64,000 nucleotides of DNA from Nemertoderma westbladi (lineage: Eukaryota > Animalia > Xenacoelomorpha). Positions 24,998-38,100 of this stretch are shown here, piece by piece (the first letter of the stretch is position 1; the number at the start of each line of letters is the position of its first letter). The stretch is from the NCBI GenBank assembly GCA_032718475.1, contig JAUCBJ010001802.1:67433-131432 (forward strand), given 5' to 3'. A program made the translations under genes and the position numbers. The notes below the pieces were generated by a model. It made no database searches, was not told the origin of the DNA, and was given only the letters and a program-made list of their open reading frames with translations.

Positions 24998-26345
24998 TTG
25001 CCAATCAACATTTTGACGTCACCCACCCCCCCCCCCCCCGGCCTTGGGATATCCCTGTGCGGCTGTAGCTGGGATAGCTTAATCGAACTGGACTGGCTTA
25101 CTATAAGGCCCTGTCTACTGTAGCCCTCGCCTTACATTTATTGGTCGTGTGATTAATTTGTTGATTGATTGTCAGATGCATACATAATTGCTTTGCTGTC
25201 ATTGGTTGTTCAACCTGTTGTTACCTGAATCTGTTTGATTGTAGCATATTAGGTATTCCGTATTGCCCTTACCACTTGAAGATGTGGATAATCTCGCGTC
25301 ATGGAAGATAGGGAGGTGTGGCGGTGCAACTTTGTTGTTTTTATATAAGCCGACATAGCATTTAATGCACGCTGCATTGGGCTTGCATTGTGGATTGCTT
25401 GCATTTTGGTGGCAAAATATTTTTGTTAAACCATCATATAATCTCAATGTGCAGTTTCAATGCAACAGGCCAATTATAGTACTTTGAATTCAGACACTTG
25501 GTGTCCCAGACACCAGGATTTCACTTTTCGGTCGACTTTTTATTGGAATTTTATAAATGAAGATTTTTTATTTTATTAAATTTATCTTTATTAAGTGTCT
25601 CATAGCGCGTATTTCTGTCTTATAACCTGTACATATACTAATTCGTACTAGATTCAGCCCTTCTGTAACCTGTGTTTTTGGTGAAAACCTGGTATTCTTC
25701 ACATGGGGGTAACTGCAAAGTGAAATATAACGGCCAAAAGTCTGGTATTCTTCACATGGGCCGTTTTTTTCTACCCCCAATGACTACATTAACTGACATG
25801 TCCTAAGTTGTATAAAATAACTGACTTTCACTTTAAGAGTTGAAAAGCTATTTCATTGTATTCCAATTTCAACTGCGGTATCACATTTCCTAATGTCTGC
25901 ACTGCAACCTATATATCCTATACTGTAAATCCTAAATCAGAGTCAGAAATCAAAGTGAATAACCTACTACTGGCCCATTAACAATATGCAGTATAAATGA
26001 AGAATGGAAATTAGTGGGTATGCTTAGATACAAGATAGATACCGTTTCGGTAAAATAAAACCACGTCTCAATGTTAAATTTGTAATTAACGGAATGGGGC
26101 AGGTTAGAGTGGTGCATTATTCTAACCAAAACAATAAACGAGAATAATCAGTAAAATAATCAGAAACGAGAATTTTGAGAATAATCAGCTGTCAGCTGTG
26201 GTGCTGGGTTATTATGGTCGATATGTTGCTGGGTCAACCGGTACTGAACCTTAGTTAAAGGACTGGTGCATGCCGATCACCATGGTCAATATTCAAGGAA
26301 GAAGTCCATGTCCTACTACTGTATAGGAAAACATTATTTACTTAC

Positions 26346-26552
26346 CTGTGGTTGAGCCATATAATACCGCGTACATGTGTAGCCAAATCAGATTATTATG
26401 AGCATTCAAACCCGAAGGGGCAAACGGGCAAGTGATTGTGACTATCCCGCTGATGACAAGTGTGCCAGCCGCTAGAAGAACACAGTCAAGCCCAGACTTT
26501 TCGGTAATGCAACCGCTCACAAATCGTCCAACGGTATTAGCACCACCCAAAG
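26346..26552 (-). CDS. SLC16/MCT-like transporter, exon 5
   Basis: TTTCAG|CT acceptor, G|GTAAG donor, 207 bp, phase 1-1; TLGGANTVGRFVSG (TM8) to YAVLYGSTT. Confidence 0.9.
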
Positions 26553-27185
26553 CTGAAACAATATAATAATTGCTGAATTATAGGCAATGTTGAAACCATA
26601 AATTAAAACCTGAAATAAATTATTTTCAAACCTAAATCGTGGTTACACAAGGAATAATAATATTAGTGCAAATTGGAAAAAAAGCCATTTATAATAATAT
26701 TCGAACGTTTCGATTTAATCAATAAATCATCTCCAGTGAAGTAGTATGGCAGTATATATAGAAATATTAATTATTAACACATTAATTATATATACAAGAC
26801 TGCAAACTAGAGAAGAAAATGCATGATGCAATGCGCTGGAGGGATGATAACAAATAAATAGAGTGGTAAGGAATATTCCTGGATATTTAGGGTGGGTTTT
26901 TCGTTGCCAACGTCCAAACTTTCTTTAATGAGTAAATCATAGTTATTTTGTGCCCTACCAATGTATGTGAAGTCATCATATGTGATATTGTGATCATATT
27001 CTACAGCATGATCACGTACAGCTGAATTACCAGGGGAGGATAAATGTGACTCCCGTACGAGGATATTTTCCCAAATGTTCAGATATTCTCACCTTGAAAT
27101 GGCGCTCGGATTTACCGATATGCTGTAGGTAGCGTTACAGCTTCTCACAGTTAAATTTATATAAGGTGAGAGCTCTGAGACTTAA

Positions 27186-29000
27186 CCCTATTTAACCCGG
27201 GGGGTGTCATTTGACCCACCCCCGAGGTTTGTTTGTCATAACTAACAATAACAAATGCAGTAGGGAATCTGAAATTATACGACTTTTCCTAAAAACCTAT
27301 TGTCTTCCTAATAGTGAAAACTGTTTTCAAAAATATTGGGAAGTTTTCGAGTTATAGCACAATTTTTTAACCCTACTTTTGGCACTTTTTTTGAGAAGTT
27401 TTTTGAAAATTTAATTTCATGAAATATGATACTAGATGGAATTCATATAAATTAATTTAGAAATTTCCAAACTGTTTTTCTCGGCGGGTGCCAAATTTTG
27501 GTGCTAGCACCAAATTTTGAAATATGGAATTTTGTAAATTGATTGTTTGAACCTGTTTTTAGCGCAATACTGTAGGGGTTTTTTGGGGTTCTGGTTTCGA
27601 TGGAATATATACGTGTTGCACCATGCATTTCAAACTTGTATTTTTCGGTGCTGTGTGCAAAATTTGGTGCCAGCACGAAATTTTGAAAAGCCATTCAATA
27701 GTTCAATTGCTTGTGACAACATATTTCACGCGTTTTAGAGGTTTATGGCGGTTCTGAATTCAATGGAATAAATAATTATCTACCTAGACATCTCAAACTC
27801 GTATTTTTCGGAAGTGGGTGCAAAACTTGGTATTAGCACCAAATTTTGAAAACTACAGTCAATTGATTGTGTCACCTTGTTTCTTGCGTTATACGGGTTT
27901 GTAAGAGTTCTGAATTCAATGGAATAAGTAAAAATTGCATAACAGTTTGCAAACTTGTAGTTTTCGCCGGTGGGTGAAAATTATTGTGCCAGCACTAAAT
28001 TTTTGAAAATAAGCAAATTGATCAATACATTGTACAGTATCATCTTGATTCTTGCGTTATACGGGTTTTTGAGGGTCCTGAATCCGATGGAATCAATAAA
28101 AACAGCACTGGACATCTCAAACCACTACTTTTTGGTGATGGCTACGAAATTTGGTGCTAGCACCAAAATTTGCCATATTACGCTAAAAAAATACGAGTAG
28201 CAATGACTTGACAAATTAGAAATGTATTCCATTAGAATAAGCGCCCGCTAAAACCTGAAAATCTGAATTTATAGCATCGTATAAGGGAATTCAAAAATTT
28301 GTGTTTAAACTGAAAGGTGCTGGTTACTTGTTTTTTTTTCATTTTTTGCCTAAGTAGAGGTCTAAATCAGCCAATAGTTTACTGTATGGTCTACCCGATG
28401 AATCTCTTAGCCGACTTCAAGTTGCCTTAAATTCATGCGCTAGAATTATTACCAACACTCCCAGACTATCCCGAATAACACCAATTCTGAAATCCTTACA
28501 CTGGCTGCCAATATCATCAAGAATTGGATACAAAAATTGAATGCAACTCTAACCTGGAAAACACTCAATAATAAAGCACCTGCCTATATTTGGAAACTAC
28601 TAACACCAAATTATTCTACTACAAGAACTGACTACCTCTGGACCCTTAAAGTTCCCCGTTGTAAACTTAAATATTATGGAGATCGCTGCTTTTCGATCGC
28701 CGCCCCAACAGAACTGCAACCCAAGGTTTTCTGTCGCGGATTAAAAACTCATTTATTTTCATGTGCATACCCTAAGTAAGATTTGTTTTAAAGCGCCCTT
28801 GAACTGACATTTAGGTAAGGCGCTATATAAGTTCATATTTATTATTATTATTTATAGTAATCAGACCATTTTTAAACATTTTCAAATGTATTTTGCGCCC
28901 CAGAAAACCTGTATTGAAAAACATTTAGCTGAAAATTGTTAGCTAAATATGACCAACCACCGGTATTTGTACAACATTTTATAGCCCGGTACTAAAAGGG
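27186..29000. mobile_element. Non-autonomous piggyBac-like element
   Basis: TTAA|CCCT...AGGG|TTAA termini; internal ~160-bp repeats with palindrome AATTTGGTGCTAGCACCAAATT. Confidence 0.8.
28372..28853 (+). mobile_element. L2/CR1-group LINE 3' fragment nested in the piggyBac-like element
   Basis: NSLLYGLP..SRLQVALNSCARII..ITPILKSLHWLPISSRIGYKI; YGDRCFSIAAP; (TAT)n tail. Confidence 0.85.
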
Positions 29001-29388
29001 TTAAGGCAAGTCTATCCTTTACGGGAGTAACTATTGAGTCTACAGTAGTGTAATTAATTTAAAATTTAATTTTTTAAATTTTTTAAATTAAATATAATTT
29101 TATAATAAATATAATAAAATTTTCAAATTTATTAATTTAAAATTGCACTGTGGGTATGCTTTGACAATGAGTCGTAAAAGTTTCTGTAGAAGAGTTGAAT
29201 AACTACCTACAGTAAGTATGGTAAAACAAAAAATATGGATAGTTTTAATAGTGTCTGACGTGGGGGTGAGGGGGCGGTGAATTTTAGTATCACTTTATTT
29301 GTCACCGGGCATTACAACAGGCTCATTGGATAACCATTTAGGCTGAGGTATTTATGTAGAATTGGAATCTCTAATTGAAACTGATGAT

Positions 29389-32300
29389 GGATATGGGAAG
29401 TGGTGTAAAACGCGGATTCAAGTTAATTATCAAGTTTTAATAGATCCGGGAATGTGTGTAAAACGCGGATTGAAATTAATTACAAAGTGTTACTGGATCC
29501 GGGAATGGGTGTAAAACGCGGATTCAATTTGATTACCAAGTTTTAATGGATCCGGGAAGGGGTGTAAAACGCGGATGCAAGTTAATTACCAAGTTTTATT
29601 GGATCCAGGGAGGGGTATAAACTGTGGATTGAAGTTAATTATCCAAGTTTTAATGGATCCGGGAATGTGTGTAAAACGCGGATTGAAATTAATTACAAAG
29701 TGTTGCTGGATCCGGGAAGGGGTGTAAAACGCGGTTTCAAGTTAATTACCAAGGTTTAATGGATCCGTGAAGGGGTATAAAACGCGGATTGAAGTTACAG
29801 TAATTACCAAGTTTTAATGGATCCGGGAAGGGGTGTAAAACGAGGATTCAATTTGATTACAAAGTGTTACTGGATCCGGGAAGGGGTGTAAAACGCGGTT
29901 TCAAGTTAATTACCAAGGTTTAATGGATCCGTGAAGGGGTGTAAAACGAGGATTCAATTTGATTACAAAGTGTTACTGGATCCGGGAAGGGGTGTAAAAC
30001 GCGGATTCAATTTGATTACCAAGTTTTAATGGACCCGGGAAGGGGTGTAAAACGCGGATGCAAGTTAATTACCAAGTTTTATTGGATCCAGGGAGGGGTA
30101 TAAACTGTGGATTGAAGTTAATTATCCAAGTTTTAATGGATCCGGGAATGTGTGTAAAACGCGGATTGAAATTAATTACAAAGTGTTGCTGGATCCGGGA
30201 AGGGGTGTAAAACGCGGATTCAATTTGATTACCAAGTTTTATTGGATCCGTGAAGGGGTATAAAACGCGGATTGAAGTTACAGTAATTACCAAGTTTTAA
30301 TTGATCCGGGAAGGGGTGTAAAACGAGGATTCAATTTGATTATCAAGTGTTACTGGATCTGGGAAGTGGTGTAAAACGCGAATTCAGGTTAATTACAAAG
30401 TGTTACTGGGTTCAGGAAGGGGTGTAAAACGCGGATTCATTTTATTTACAAAGTGTTACTGGATCCTGGAAGGGGTGTAATACGCGGATTCAATTTGATT
30501 ACCAAGGTTTAATGGATCCGAGAAAGGGTGTAAAACGCGGATTCAATTTGATTACCAAGTTTTAATGGACCCGGGAAGGGGTGTAAAACGCGGATTCAAT
30601 TTGATAATGCAGAAACACTTTGAAATTAACTTGAATCCACGTTTTACACCCCTTCCCGGATCCAATAAAACTTGGTAATTAAATTGAATCCGCGTATTAC
30701 ACCCCTTCCAGGATCCAGTAACACTTTGTAAATAAAATGAATCCGCGTTTTACACCCCTTCCTGAACCCAGTAACACTTTGTAATTAACCTGAATTCGCG
30801 TTTTACACCACTTCCCAGATCCAGTAACACTTGGTAATTAACTTGAATCCATTTTTTACACCCCTTCCCGGATCCAGTAATACTTTGTAATTAACATGAA
30901 TCCGCGTATTACAACCCTTCCCGGATCCAGTAACACTTTGAAATTAACTTGAATCCACGTTTTACACCCCTTCCCGGATCCAATAAAACTTGGTAATACA
31001 TTGAATCCGCGTATTACACCCCTTCCAGGATCCAGTAACACTTTGTAAATAAAATGAATCCGCGTTTTACACCCCTTCCTGAACCCAGTAACACTTTGTA
31101 ATTAACCTGAATTCGCGTTTTACACCACTTCCCAGATCCAGTAACACTTGGTAATTAACTTGAATCCATTTTTTACACCCCTTCCCGGATCCAGTAACAC
31201 TTTGTAAATAAATTGAATCCACGTTTTACACCCCTTCCAGGATCCAATAAAACTTGGTAATTAACTTGAATCCGCGTTTTACACCCCTTCCCGGACCCAG
31301 TAACACTTGGTAATTAAATTGAATATGCGTTTCACATACTTCCCGGATCCATTAAAACTTGGTAATTAACTTGAATCCGTGTTTTACACCCTTCCCGGAT
31401 CCAGTAACACTTTGTAAATAAATTGAATCCGTGTTTTACACCCCTTCCCGGATCCAGTAACACTTTGTAAATAAATTGAATCCACGTTTTACACCCCTTC
31501 CCAGATCCAATAATACTTGGTAATTAACTTGAATCCGTGTTTTACACCCATTCCTGGATCCAGTAACACTTGGTAATTAACTTGAATATGCGTTTCACAC
31601 TTCCCAGATCCATTAAAACTTGGTAATTAATTTGAATCCGTGTTTTACACCCCTTCCCGGATCCAGTAACACTTTGTAAATAAATTGAATCCGCGTTTTA
31701 CACCCCTTCCTGGATCCAATAAAACTTGGTAATTAACTTGAACCCGCATTTTACACCCCTTCCCGGATCCAGTAACACTTGGTAATTAACTTGAAAACGC
31801 GTTTCACACTTCCCGGATCCATTAAAACTTGCTAATTAACTTGAATCCGTGTTTTACACCCCTTCCCGCATCAAGTACAGTAACACTTTGTAAATAAATT
31901 GAATCCGTGTTTTATACACCCTTTCCCGGATCCAGTAACACTTTGTAAATAAATTGAATCCGCGTTTTACACCCCGTCCCGGATCCAGTAACACTTTGTA
32001 AATAAATTGAATCCGTGTTTTACACCCTTTCCCGGATCCAGTAACACTTTGTAAATAAATTGAATCCGCGTTTTACACCCCGTCCCGGATCCAGTAACAC
32101 TTTGTAAATAAATTGAATCCACGTTTTACACCCCTTCCAGGATCCAATAAAACTTGGTAATTAACTTGAATCCGCGTTTTACACCCCTTCCCGGATCCAG
32201 TAACACTTGGTAATTAAATTGAATATGCGTTTCACATACTTCCCGGATCCATTAAAACTTGGTAATTAACTTGAATCCGTGTTTTACACCCTTCCCGGAT

Positions 32301-32488
32301 CCAGTAACACTTTGTAAATAAATTGAATCCGCGTTTTACACCCCTTCCCGGATCCAGTAACACTTTGTAAATAAATTGAATCCGTGTTTCACACCCGGTC
32401 CCGGATCCAGTAACACTTTGTAAATAAATTGAATCCACGTTTTACACCCCTTCCCGGATCCAGTAACACTTTGTAAATAAATTGAATC
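29389..32488. repeat. 53-bp minisatellite in two oppositely oriented blocks
   Basis: Unit GGATCCGGGAAGGGGTGTAAAACGCGGATTCAATTTGATTACCAAGTTTTAAT forward to ~30605, reverse complement from ~30614. Confidence 0.96.
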
Positions 32489-32719
32489 ATAAAATTAAAT
32501 AAATAAAAATAAAATAAATTGAATTACTTTGCAGAGTCACCCTATAGCCCGCAACGCTGCGAAGTGGTACTGTACCTTGCAGCGTTACGTGTAATTCATC
32601 AGAACGCTGATAAGTTGACATAATGTAACAAAAACAATTAACTTCTTGAAGTTACTTTTTGTCTTGTACTAAATACTTGTACAGTGCTTTATAATGAAAC
32701 TTTAACACAGGATACTAAC

Positions 32720-33575
32720 TTAGAATTATAAATTTTGCTTCATCATATGGTATTCCTTTGACTTTAGCGTGCTCCAGTAGAAACACGTTTGGGACAAGTA
32801 ATCCCAACATTGCAACCGCAGAACTAAACGCAATAAGAACAAAAGTCTGACTGTGCATGACTTTGGTGGCGTTCTGGAATGCTTTGTAAAAATGGCCCAG
32901 TGCATCCCCAGTGCACGAGCACGTAAAAAGTGTTTCGGATTTTCTATTTCCATCGTTCGTAAATCGAACCGGTATTTCAAAGTCATATTCATCTTGTTTT
33001 TGGCTGTCACAATCATAGCGAATGGCATTGCAGATGTCTCTGTAGTCTCCACCTGATATATAATACTCAATTTCGGAAGTTGCGCTCTCTTCATCATTAT
33101 CTGCTTTTGGTAGTTTGGAATACTCTTCTTTTGGCAACTCTAACGCAACTCCCCCCTCATCAGTGTGTACTACATATCCCACACTCTTCCGCCTGATTTT
33201 TGATTTATTTGGAAGGGAGCTTCCAATATTTGGATCTGGAAGTCTTTTGTAGGGTTTAGAGCCCCTTACAGCTCTATGCGAAGCGGGTGGATTATTTGGG
33301 AAGGCTTTGGAAGAGTCTGTTGCTGCTTTATTGGTCTTAGGTAGTATGTCTCTCTCTGCATATCTAAGGGGTACATCCTTGCCGTTGTCCGTGTGAGCAT
33401 GCTTTTTATCCTCATTAGGTTCGTCTGTTTTGTTTTTTGGAAAAGATTTCTTAGACTGCCGCTTTTTACCAAATTCATTATCTTCCCCTTGCTTCAATTT
33501 GGCATTAAATGTATTGAACCACAAACCACAAATCGAACAATTTAGAATCATAGCGGAACAAATTAAAAATGTGCC
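32720..33575 (-). CDS. SLC16/MCT-like transporter, exon 4 (TM6, large central loop, TM7)
   Basis: TTTTACAG|GGC acceptor, A|GTTAGT donor, 856 bp, phase 0-1; GTFLICSAMILNCSICG..FVLIAFSSAVAMLGLLVPNVFL. Confidence 0.9.
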
Positions 33576-34235
33576 CTGTAAAATATTAAAAGTTAGTTTA
33601 GTTTTAGTATTTATTCCGTTTATTTTTAGCTTTAAAATTTGTAAACTTAAATAATATATATTGGCATACTGTACATGCTGTAAATCTACAATTAGGCCTG
33701 AAATATAAATAGTTCCTTTAAAATATTAACAGTGCCGGAGCAAGGTGTTTGCTTGCCCGTAATGATTCAGTCATTATTAAAGTATTTATTCGATACGGGG
33801 GTAAAAGCCACGCCTACACCTGCGCCAACCCCAACGCCTACACTGTAATAAACAATGAAATTTTTGCTTCATTTTTATTATGGTAAAAGAATAAAAGCAT
33901 CAATACACCATGTTAAGGGCGTTTTTCCTGTAAATGGTTTGTGGAGAAATTGATCTACTCTATTCTATGTGAAATTCCTAGAATAATTTCTTTAAAATGC
34001 ATTGTCTTACCCCAAAATATTTGAGAAATAAAATAAATATATCTATACATTAATTTGCCTTTAAACAATTGTGTAAATATTAAACTGAAATCACCATTAT
34101 ACCACTGGCGGTATTTATTTTCACATGTTATACATAATTATGGTGTAACACATTTTATTAAAAATGCAAATAGTAGTGTACTTTTATACATTTAAGAGTC
34201 TGTCGATTTCACCATGAAAAATTCATGGTAATAAT

Positions 34236-34510
34236 TATTTACATACTTGTGTGTAATGTAGCAGCACTTTACAGAGTGATGATCCGAGTGGTTTTGTTAC
34301 ACGAACGAACGTTAGTGAGTGAGTGAAAATAAAGCCACGAGGATCAGAACACTGTAAAGTACTTTGCAACAAGCATGTATGTAGTTTTATTCCAAAATTT
34401 TAACATTACGAAGTGATTGTACATATATTATAAGTGATAGGAACTGCAGAAATTAAATTAGTTGCTGTAGAAATAAATGTAAAAAATGACATAAATAATA
34501 AGTTATAAGG
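34236..34510. repeat. Hairpin-headed dispersed repeat, copy 1 (truncated; Crypton-like non-autonomous)
   Basis: Nearly identical to 34923-35199 and similar to 40568-41135. Confidence 0.6.
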
Positions 34511-35199
34511 AGTTATAAGGTTTTACCCGGCCGTTTAACTTTGTCCGATATGATCAATGTGGACTTTGTTCAAAATTGCTTGCGCTGTAATATTCCTTTT
34601 CCCAGCAAAGTCAAACGCATCCAGGAATTCCTCTATCAATCACGCATGGTGTAATCTGCATCATCATTTTTATGTCTCTGATTTTTAACTTACTCCCCAA
34701 TGGTGATCCCACCCCTCACATCATATTTTATGGTGGTGCACTTTGTTTACAGTTGCACTTAATGACCAACCCTTAGACAATGTTTTATATGTGTTGTGAA
34801 TTTTACTACCATATGCCATATGTATGTCCAGAAGTAAGCCTTCTATTCCATTGGTGCCATTGGATTTTATCTCTGTAATTTTAATTTGCCGGCGATGACC
34901 GGATTATTAATAATAATAATAATATTTACATACTTGTGTGTAAAGTAGCACTTTACAGTGTGATGATCCGAGTGGCTTTGTTACACGAACGAACGTTAGT
35001 GAGTGAGTGAAAATAAAGCCACGAGGATCAGAACACTTTAAAGTACTTTGCAACAAGTATGTATGTAGTTTTATTCCAAAATTTTAACATTACGAAGTGA
35101 TTGTACATATATTATAAGTGATAGGAACTGCACAAATTAAATTAGTTGCTGTAGAAATAAATGTAAAAAATGACATAAATAATAAGTTATAAATAAGTT

Positions 35200-38100
35200 T
35201 GTTAGCGTATTCAATTCCGCTAACCAGGCCCACACAAAGTTGGTATTAGGCAATATTGGGAGTACAAGGTTGATTACCAATCAACCTTGTATCACCCCAA
35301 TAAGCGGGGCGACAAACCCCAAAGGGCCTCAGACAATAGAGGTTAGAGGTCAAGGAGAGAGAGTAACAGCAGCGGGGGGGGGGGAAACACTCCCACAAAG
35401 TTCAGGGCGAGAATTAGGTTACTAGCCAATGGGGGGACAGCAGGGCATCAGCTGAGTAACACGGCCAACCTAGAGTATATTACCGGTTGATGTTTAGTTT
35501 AGTTAGTCAGTTATCTCAGTACAGTCACGGCAGTACGGTGACAGTTTAAGACCGTCACCGCCGTCAGCAATACATATTATTCCTGTATTACCGGTCAATC
35601 GTGCTATCTGCTATCATCCAGTCACCTATATTATATATCTCAGTACAAGATTCAGGAACACAAACTATTACATTTTCCATCACACAGTGCGGCTGACGCG
35701 TACATAAACAACACCGGATAAACCGGGATCCTCGGATCCCGTCACAGTCTTAAACTATAGGAACTGCCTGACAGACTGTGGCTGCCAGCCACCAGAGACA
35801 AAGATGAGCCAAGAGAGAGAGACGACACCGCCGCGGACCCTGGACGACAACCTAACGATCCGCGAGGCCACGGCGAGACAGTATCGACCCACGAGGCCGG
35901 ATTCGTCGACGACGAACGATCCGGCAATCCAAACGGAAGGGGGCCGTCTACAACGAGGAGGGAGAGACGAGTCGAGAGAAGGGAGAGACGAGTCGACGCA
36001 CGACGGCGGTCGACATGCCAATGTCGCCGGCCAGCCACAGGCCGAGGGTGACGGATGGCCCACCGGAACGGCGACGGTGGGGCCGCCGGTACGACGCCGG
36101 ACCCGGAGAGAGAGAGGAGATGTCGGCGACGAGGACGTCGGGGTCAGAGACCGGCTCCGACGAGCCTACGCCGCGACCCGGGAGCAACTGAGAGAAGCTA
36201 GAGGAGGGGCCAAGATAGACCAGGTGAAGTTAGGAAAGCGGCTAGGTGAGTCGAATAAACATTTTGATTGCTCTGGTGCGCTTTGGGCAGGGAGAACTAG
36301 CCGATGAGAGAGCGAGTGGGGTTGCCACCGAACTGTTTGAACTGTGGGAACCTAGGGGTATGGGGCCTGGTGTAGTGTACATAGGGCCATACTTAGTTGA
36401 TGCCAGGGGAGTTAAGTTAGTGGGTTGGGCGGGACCGCACGAGGGCGAATCCGAGGTTAACTCCGAGGATTCGGTCCCGTCGGTCAGCGAGAACCCCGGA
36501 AAGCGGGGGAAAGTTAGTAGGACGGAGGGGCGACGGGAGTCCGTCGCAACCGATAAGTCTGCTACATCCTCCGCAAAAGAAAGAAGGGTGTTAGAAAATA
36601 AATCTGGCGTGTCAGCGTAAAGAGCGTGAGGCGAGAAGGGCGAGCGAGTGTAAAGAGCGCGAGGCGAGGTGGCTTGAGAGGGTTGCGAGAGAGACAGAGT
36701 TGGCCGAGCAAAGTCTGCGAGGAGGATGGAGAGAGAGAAACGTTTGCTAATACCCCACTTACAGGGACCGGACGACAGACCCAAGACTGGTGTAACCGTA
36801 CGGGCGGGGGGGGGGGGGGGGGGGGGTAATAACAATAGATTAGAGAACGTTAATATTAATAGTACCGTAGTAAATAACCCTAATACCTTTATTACAGGAA
36901 ATATATTTTACCCGGTGATTTAAATACAAATAATCTCAAATAATAATTTAAATCCAAATAATTCGAATAATAATTTAAATTTAGAAAATAATAATAATTC
37001 TAATTTAAATAATTTAAATAATAATATTGATAACGGGGCTATTAATACTAATGTAGACACAGATGGTCCGCCAACGGTAGCCTGCAAGGCAACGTAGTTA
37101 GTAGGCAGGGAGTGGCGGGGTTGAGTCAACCCGAGGTGGGCCTGGTAGGCCACGCAGTAGTAGAGAGAGAGGCGGGGGTGAATAGACCCAGCCGCAGTAG
37201 AGACAGTGCGTCGACTAGAGAGGGGTGTAGAAGTGAAGTAAGAGATAGTGAAGTAAGATGTGGCGAGTGGGGGGGGGGGGGGGGGGCTACGGGCGCCCCA
37301 CCACGAGAGATTAGTAGCGAGTGGGGTCGAACTTCGGGGGATTGCCGTCGCCCCGGAGAAACGCACTGCACGCCAGGAGAGCGGTACAGGATGTACCAAT
37401 ACGAAGACGAGAGCAGGATAGGGGATCGAAGAGAAACTTCCCGACGGGATGTAGCTGCCGATCGAGAGTACGGTAGTCGCGGGGAGATTCGAGATTCGAG
37501 AGAATTAAACTTCGGTTCGGAAGGGCACATGCAGACTGCAGGACATACTGTAGGCCTTACTGCACATACTATTATAGGCCATGCTGGGAGAGATAGAATA
37601 GGCGATAGGGTAGCGCCGACGACGGGATTAAACCCGGAAGTCGCGGAGTACATACCGGTAGGTAGGCAAGAAGTGGGTAGGCCTATATCGGTACGGCAGC
37701 ATGACTATAATACACAGGGACATAACATAGACCCGGTTGAGGGGGATATTGCAGATAGATGGATGGGCCCCAATATATTAACATCAGCCCCAGTGCCGAA
37801 CATAACACCGGTGGGGGGGGGGGGGTGACAGGGTGACATTCCCCCATCTACAAAATATCCGCAGTATAAACAACCAAGAACAAACAAGTAGGGTGAGAAC
37901 GTAGGGAGAACAAGTAGGGTGAGCTAGAAGGGAGAAAGATGGGAGAGATGAGAAGGGTACAGGGGGTGCGTTAGAATAAGTAGGGCACGGGCGTGATGAC
38001 GTGTTTGATGTAAGAGCAGGGTATGTTAATTAGAGTTAGTGGGAGTTAGAGGTTAGTAAGAGGGAACGTAGTACCGGTTGTGGTTGTGGGCACCGCAAGC

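Larger units (their letters stand above)
26690..29040 (-). mobile_element. Penelope-like element 3' fragment (GIY-YIG endonuclease), split by a piggyBac-like insertion
   Basis: Minus-strand reading across the insertion and frameshifts: PVKDRLAL/SLRALTLYKFNC..CNATY-IGKSERHFKVRISEHLG..SAVRDH..LLIKESL..KPTLN; hammerhead-like motif at 26701-26744. Confidence 0.8.
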
